NCBI GenBank assembly: GCA_049903315.1
Contig: JBNGBT010000001.1
Location: forward strand, 32,001 to 96,000
Origin: Candidatus Cloacimonadota bacterium
GTDB taxonomy: Bacteria > Cloacimonadota > Cloacimonadia > JGIOTU-2
Direction of reading: 5' to 3'
Length of the DNA: 64,000 nucleotides
Part shown: piece by piece, positions 60,368 to 64,000 of the stretch
Layout of the letters: each line of letters opens with the position of its first letter
How positions within the stretch are numbered: position 1 is the first letter of the stretch
Position numbers and translations under genes: made by a program
Notes under the pieces: generated by a model
The model's input: the letters and a program-made list of their open reading frames with translations, nothing else
What the model was told of the DNA's origin: nothing
The model's database searches: none

Positions 60368-60485
60368 ATGCATTTTTTGTGCCAAAAGCCGTAAATGTAT
60401 GCATCTCTTTATTTGCAAGGGATTTGGTGATTCGTTGGTCTTAATAACTGTACGTTTATGAAACAGTAGTGTACGACAGTGAACA
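60368..60485 (-). promoter_or_regulatory. Sigma-54 (-24/-12) promoter with tandem upstream activator sites, copy A
   Basis: Same TGGCACAAAAAATGCA core as copy B. Dyads TGTACGTTTATGAAACA (60449-60465) and TGTACGACAGTGAACA (60470-60485) lie at the same spacing as in copy B. Confidence 0.75.
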
Positions 60486-60521
60486 CTTCTTTAATGTAAG
60501 AGCTACGGCGGTTATCACCTT

Positions 60522-61205
60522 TTAAGAGGATTTATCTATTACATCATGATAGATAGCAATCTGGCACACATCATCACCTTTCATTATTGATTTGATGATT
60601 TTTACTTCTACTTCTTTGTGTAATATGTATTCCCAGATATCTTTATAATATCCAGCTCCACAGTAACAATATTGATCATCGATTGGTTTATTCTCTAAAA
60701 TTGATTCACGGATGCGAGGACAATGACAATATAGAAACCGTTTTTTCACAGGATCGTCTTCTATAAAGTAGTTATGAAAATCCTTTGGGATCTTCGTTGA
60801 ATAGATCACATCTCCTTCTAATTTACCAGCTAATCCCCAACCGTTTTTCCTTAAAAACTCCATCTGATCTTCATTGAGATTTTTATATGAACGGATAAAT
60901 TTCTCAAAGTGTTGTTGGAGAAGATTATGTGCGTGCTCGACATCTTTGGTCTTATCATACTCATTTTTGATGTATTGGAGATCTTCCTTGGGTTTGAGAC
61001 AAGCACAGGAACACATGATCTCTGTGATTTCACGATCATCAAGTTTATCATTGAGGAACTTCATCAATTGTTGAGACCAAGCGATTAAATTTTCTCTTTC
61101 GATTAAGTTCTCTACCTCGTTATATAAATGAGCTTTACCAATCTTAATAAATCCATTCTGTAATTTTTTTCTCCATTGCTCTTCAAAGGGATCATTATTT
61201 TTCAT
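60522..61205 (-). CDS. Cys-rich cytoplasmic protein (DUF6144-like / V4R-like C-terminus)
   Basis: CSCAC, YCHCP and YCYCGAGY...SIMKGDDVC. Start reassigned to ATG 61205 after AGGAG. Confidence 0.6.
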   Translation of the reverse strand: MKNNDPFEEQWRKKLQNGFIKIGKAHLYNEVENLIERENLIAWSQQLMKFLNDKLDDREITEIMCSCACLKPKEDLQYIKNEYDKTKDVEHAHNLLQQHFEKFIRSYKNLNEDQMEFLRKNGWGLAGKLEGDVIYSTKIPKDFHNYFIEDDPVKKRFLYCHCPRIRESILENKPIDDQYCYCGAGYYKDIWEYILHKEVEVKIIKSIMKGDDVCQIAIYHDVIDKSS

Positions 61206-61212
61206 TATTCTC

Positions 61213-63654
61213 CTATTCATACTTGAGTGCATCCACGGGATTAGCTTGTGCGGTTTTTAAACAGCGCAGTGATACGATCAAAATTGAAATGCCGAGAACA
61301 CACATTCCTGATATAATAAAGGGAAGCGTGTTGAGAGAGATTCGGTATGCAAAATTCTGGAGCCACATTGAGACAATACATCCACTAAGAGGGAATGCAA
61401 TGATCACTGCGAAAATGATTAATTTAATATATCGTAATGAAAATAAAGTAACGATTTGAGAAAGGGTGCTTCCAAGTACTTTGCGTATCCCGATCTCTTT
61501 CGTTCTTTGAACAATAAAGAATGAGACAAGTCCAAATAATCCAATAGCGGCAATTACGATTCCCAGTATTGCAACTGTGCCTACAACTAATCCAATCTGT
61601 GATTCGTGCTTATATAATCTATCAAAATCTTCATCCAGAAAGGAATAAGAAAAAGGTGTATCAGGGAAAAGTTCATCGAATGTAGTTTTCATATGCTTTA
61701 TCGTAGCAGGAAGATTTCCCTGTTGGACTGAAAGAGTGAGTGTATTGTATAAAGAGGTCTCAACATCCAATACCAACGGTTGCACCTCTTCCTGCATACC
61801 CTTGAAGTGAAAATCAGCTATAACACCGATTACTTTTTTTGTGAGTCCATGATAATGAGCACGAAGCTCTGCTCCCAGTGCTTCTTCTGGATTATTAAAA
61901 CCAAGCAATTTCATGCCGGTTTCATTAATAATGTAACCATTGTCCCCACCCCGTTCAAATGGTCTCCCCACAAGTAGCTCAAGATCGAATTCATCTATAA
62001 AATCCGTGTCAACCGTGAGAACCTGATGAAAGTTGGTTTCAACGTCAGGCATACCAATACGCGTCATGTAATATCCACCCCTCATGTTTCCCGGTACACC
62101 GGAAGAAACGGTGACTCCGAGAATATTGGGGTGAGTAATAAAGTGAGATTTGATATTTTCGTAGTCTGTTCTCAGCCTGCCTAAATGGGTTTTGAAAGGG
62201 ATTACAACTTTTTGTTCTTTATCAAAACCAAGACTGCTGCCGCGCATATAGTCCAATTGCCGATAAATGAATATTGAGAAAATGAGAAATGAGAGGATTA
62301 TAGTGAATTGAGACACAACGAGTATCCTTTGAAGAGTCGATCCTCTGCTACCAAAGCGAAAGTTTCCCTTTAATATATTTTGTGTTTTATATTTGGTCAG
62401 TACAAATGCATTATAACTACCGGAAAGGAACACAATGAAAATAAGCAATCCAAACGTTGTTGCAAGAACCTGGAAATTCATAAGCGCAGATAATGACATA
62501 TGAATTCCGGTTAATTGATTGAAGAGTGGTAGTAAGCATTCAATTAGTCCTAATGAAAGAAAAAATGAAAGGAGAGCATACATAGCAGATTCTGTATAAA
62601 ACTGGAAAATGAGTTGGATTTTTTTCGCGCCTATAATTTTTCGAATACCTAATTGTTTGATATTCTTCATTCCTAAAGAAACGGAAGTATTAACGAAATT
62701 CAAGCATCCGATAATGAGAACTACAAGTGCGATCAGCGAGTAGATCCTAATATAATACCAGTTCCCACCAGGGATTATTTTGTATTTTACACGTGGATCC
62801 ATGTGGATATCTTTTATGGGCTGAAGATAATAGCGGCTATCTGTCCATTCACGCCCGGTGAGTTGTTTATACATCTCGTGATTCGTTATCGCTAATTCCT
62901 CGAGAGGTAGTTCAAGATCACTTATTTCAGCATTGGGGGCAATTTTCACGTAAGCATACTTTCTATGCGCATCTCCCCAATATTCATCGATCCAGGGAAG
63001 ATGTGATTTGAGTGAATTCATGCTCATCAACATCGTGATAGGGATATGAGTATTAGAAGGGGTGTCTTCGATAATTGCTGTGACGATATAGTCATCTCGT
63101 GCAACAGGGCAGTAGTAATCATAGTCTATCTCGATGTTGAGTGTTTTACCAATACAGGCATCATCTCCGAAGTATTTTTCGGCCATTGTTTTAGTAAGAA
63201 CCAATGAACGTGGCTCAACGAGAGCTGTTTCGGCAGAACCGGCAAGAAAATCAAAGTGAAAAATATCGAAGATCTCGGGATCTGCAAAGTATAGATTTGT
63301 CTCAAAAAACCTTTTTGTATCTTGTGAGACCAATACATTCTTGCTGTTTTCAAAGGGTGGAATAAGTCTTGCCTGTTTTTCGATGCTCGGTGATGATTCT
63401 GCAAGCATTGGACCAACTGGACCTGCAACGGAGTTTGAATAAAACTCTCCAACATAAGAATCTCTGTAAAATTCAACGCGGTAAATTCGGTCATGATCTC
63501 TATGATATGTGTCGAAATTCAACTCATGATAGACAAAACTGAAGATAAGGACACAGCATGCGATCCCCAGGCTTAAACCGAGAATATTTACAATTGCATA
63601 CCCTTTATGCTTGAGCATATTTCTTAGTGAAGAAGCGAGGATGCTTTTTAACAT
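61213..63654 (-). CDS. ABC transporter permease, double MacB/FtsX type (P14)
   Basis: KQLGIRK / KEIGIRK and NPVDALKYE. Confidence 0.92.
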   Translation of the reverse strand: MLKSILASSLRNMLKHKGYAIVNILGLSLGIACCVLIFSFVYHELNFDTYHRDHDRIYRVEFYRDSYVGEFYSNSVAGPVGPMLAESSPSIEKQARLIPPFENSKNVLVSQDTKRFFETNLYFADPEIFDIFHFDFLAGSAETALVEPRSLVLTKTMAEKYFGDDACIGKTLNIEIDYDYYCPVARDDYIVTAIIEDTPSNTHIPITMLMSMNSLKSHLPWIDEYWGDAHRKYAYVKIAPNAEISDLELPLEELAITNHEMYKQLTGREWTDSRYYLQPIKDIHMDPRVKYKIIPGGNWYYIRIYSLIALVVLIIGCLNFVNTSVSLGMKNIKQLGIRKIIGAKKIQLIFQFYTESAMYALLSFFLSLGLIECLLPLFNQLTGIHMSLSALMNFQVLATTFGLLIFIVFLSGSYNAFVLTKYKTQNILKGNFRFGSRGSTLQRILVVSQFTIILSFLIFSIFIYRQLDYMRGSSLGFDKEQKVVIPFKTHLGRLRTDYENIKSHFITHPNILGVTVSSGVPGNMRGGYYMTRIGMPDVETNFHQVLTVDTDFIDEFDLELLVGRPFERGGDNGYIINETGMKLLGFNNPEEALGAELRAHYHGLTKKVIGVIADFHFKGMQEEVQPLVLDVETSLYNTLTLSVQQGNLPATIKHMKTTFDELFPDTPFSYSFLDEDFDRLYKHESQIGLVVGTVAILGIVIAAIGLFGLVSFFIVQRTKEIGIRKVLGSTLSQIVTLFSLRYIKLIIFAVIIAFPLSGCIVSMWLQNFAYRISLNTLPFIISGMCVLGISILIVSLRCLKTAQANPVDALKYE

Positions 63655-63677
63655 TTTTATAACCTTAATGATTTTGT

Positions 63678-64000
63678 TTATTCATATTTTATCACTTCTG
63701 CAGGATTGGTATGTGCTGCGCGTATCGTATAAAAACTGATCGTTAGTAATGCAACTGCAATTGCAGACACTCCTGCCAGAATGAATAAGCCGATATTGAT
63801 CGGAGCTTTATATGCAAAGCCCTGAAGCCATTTTCTCATAACAAAATAAGCGACAGGCCATGCGATCACGTTGGCGATAAGCGTCCATTGTGTAAGTTCA
63901 CGAGAGAGCTTCAGTGTGATGTTGCCGACAGTAGCGCCGAGTACTTTTCTGATACCAACCTCTTTCCTGCGCTGTTCTGCGATGAATGTTGAAAGACCGA
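63678..64000 (-). CDS. ABC transporter permease (P15), 5' end outside the window
   Basis: GLSTFIAEQRRKEVGIRKVLGA...NPAEVIKYE; the frame is open to the window edge. Confidence 0.9.
   Translation of the reverse strand, partial: GLSTFIAEQRRKEVGIRKVLGATVGNITLKLSRELTQWTLIANVIAWPVAYFVMRKWLQGFAYKAPINIGLFILAGVSAIAVALLTISFYTIRAAHTNPAEVIKYE

Noticed and set aside
26444..63494. Numerous 60-170 aa antisense and alternate-frame ORFs within the permeases, some resembling each other
   Set aside because: They are fully nested in well-supported genes, and their mutual similarity derives from the conserved permease motifs.
1..64000. rRNA, tRNA, transposase, integrase or prophage genes
   Set aside because: None was recognisable. 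The intergenic gaps are short and explained by promoters, repeats or remnants.

Overview
A 64-kb AT-rich bacterial window, probably from the FCB group. The T9SS-type C-terminal domains (NYPNPFN...IFNLKGQxVKT) suggest Cloacimonadota, but that is an inference. Bases 1-15 kb hold housekeeping and redox genes: a partial TrmB-family regulator, a TIGR03546/TIGR03545 pair, the radical SAM enzyme AmrS with a membrane-fused spermidine-synthase-like partner, an aldo/keto reductase, Bcp, an HTH regulator, an orphan class III nucleotide-cyclase-like gene, a UGA-selenocysteine peroxiredoxin (PrxU) with a SECIS-like hairpin, an S41 peptidase and a GNAT. The spacers carry GTAG-type REP palindromes and heptamer repeats. 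From 15 kb to the end every real gene is on the minus strand. There is a tandem array of 14 complete plus 1 partial divergent ~800-aa double-MacB/FtsX ABC permeases, with no ATPase, adaptor or TolC in the window. Downstream of it lies a cluster of secreted hydrolases, beta-propellers and T9SS cargo that includes chimeric genes and remnants. The array shows unusual structure: a 48-bp perfect direct repeat precisely bracketing one permease, homogenised 3' ends, two permease/serine-hydrolase modules coupled through the conserved KYE-stop, a probable CTG start, and two internal sigma-54 promoter plus enhancer modules with identical spacing. Together these suggest an expandable, recombination-shuffled permease/hydrolase cassette array (inference).
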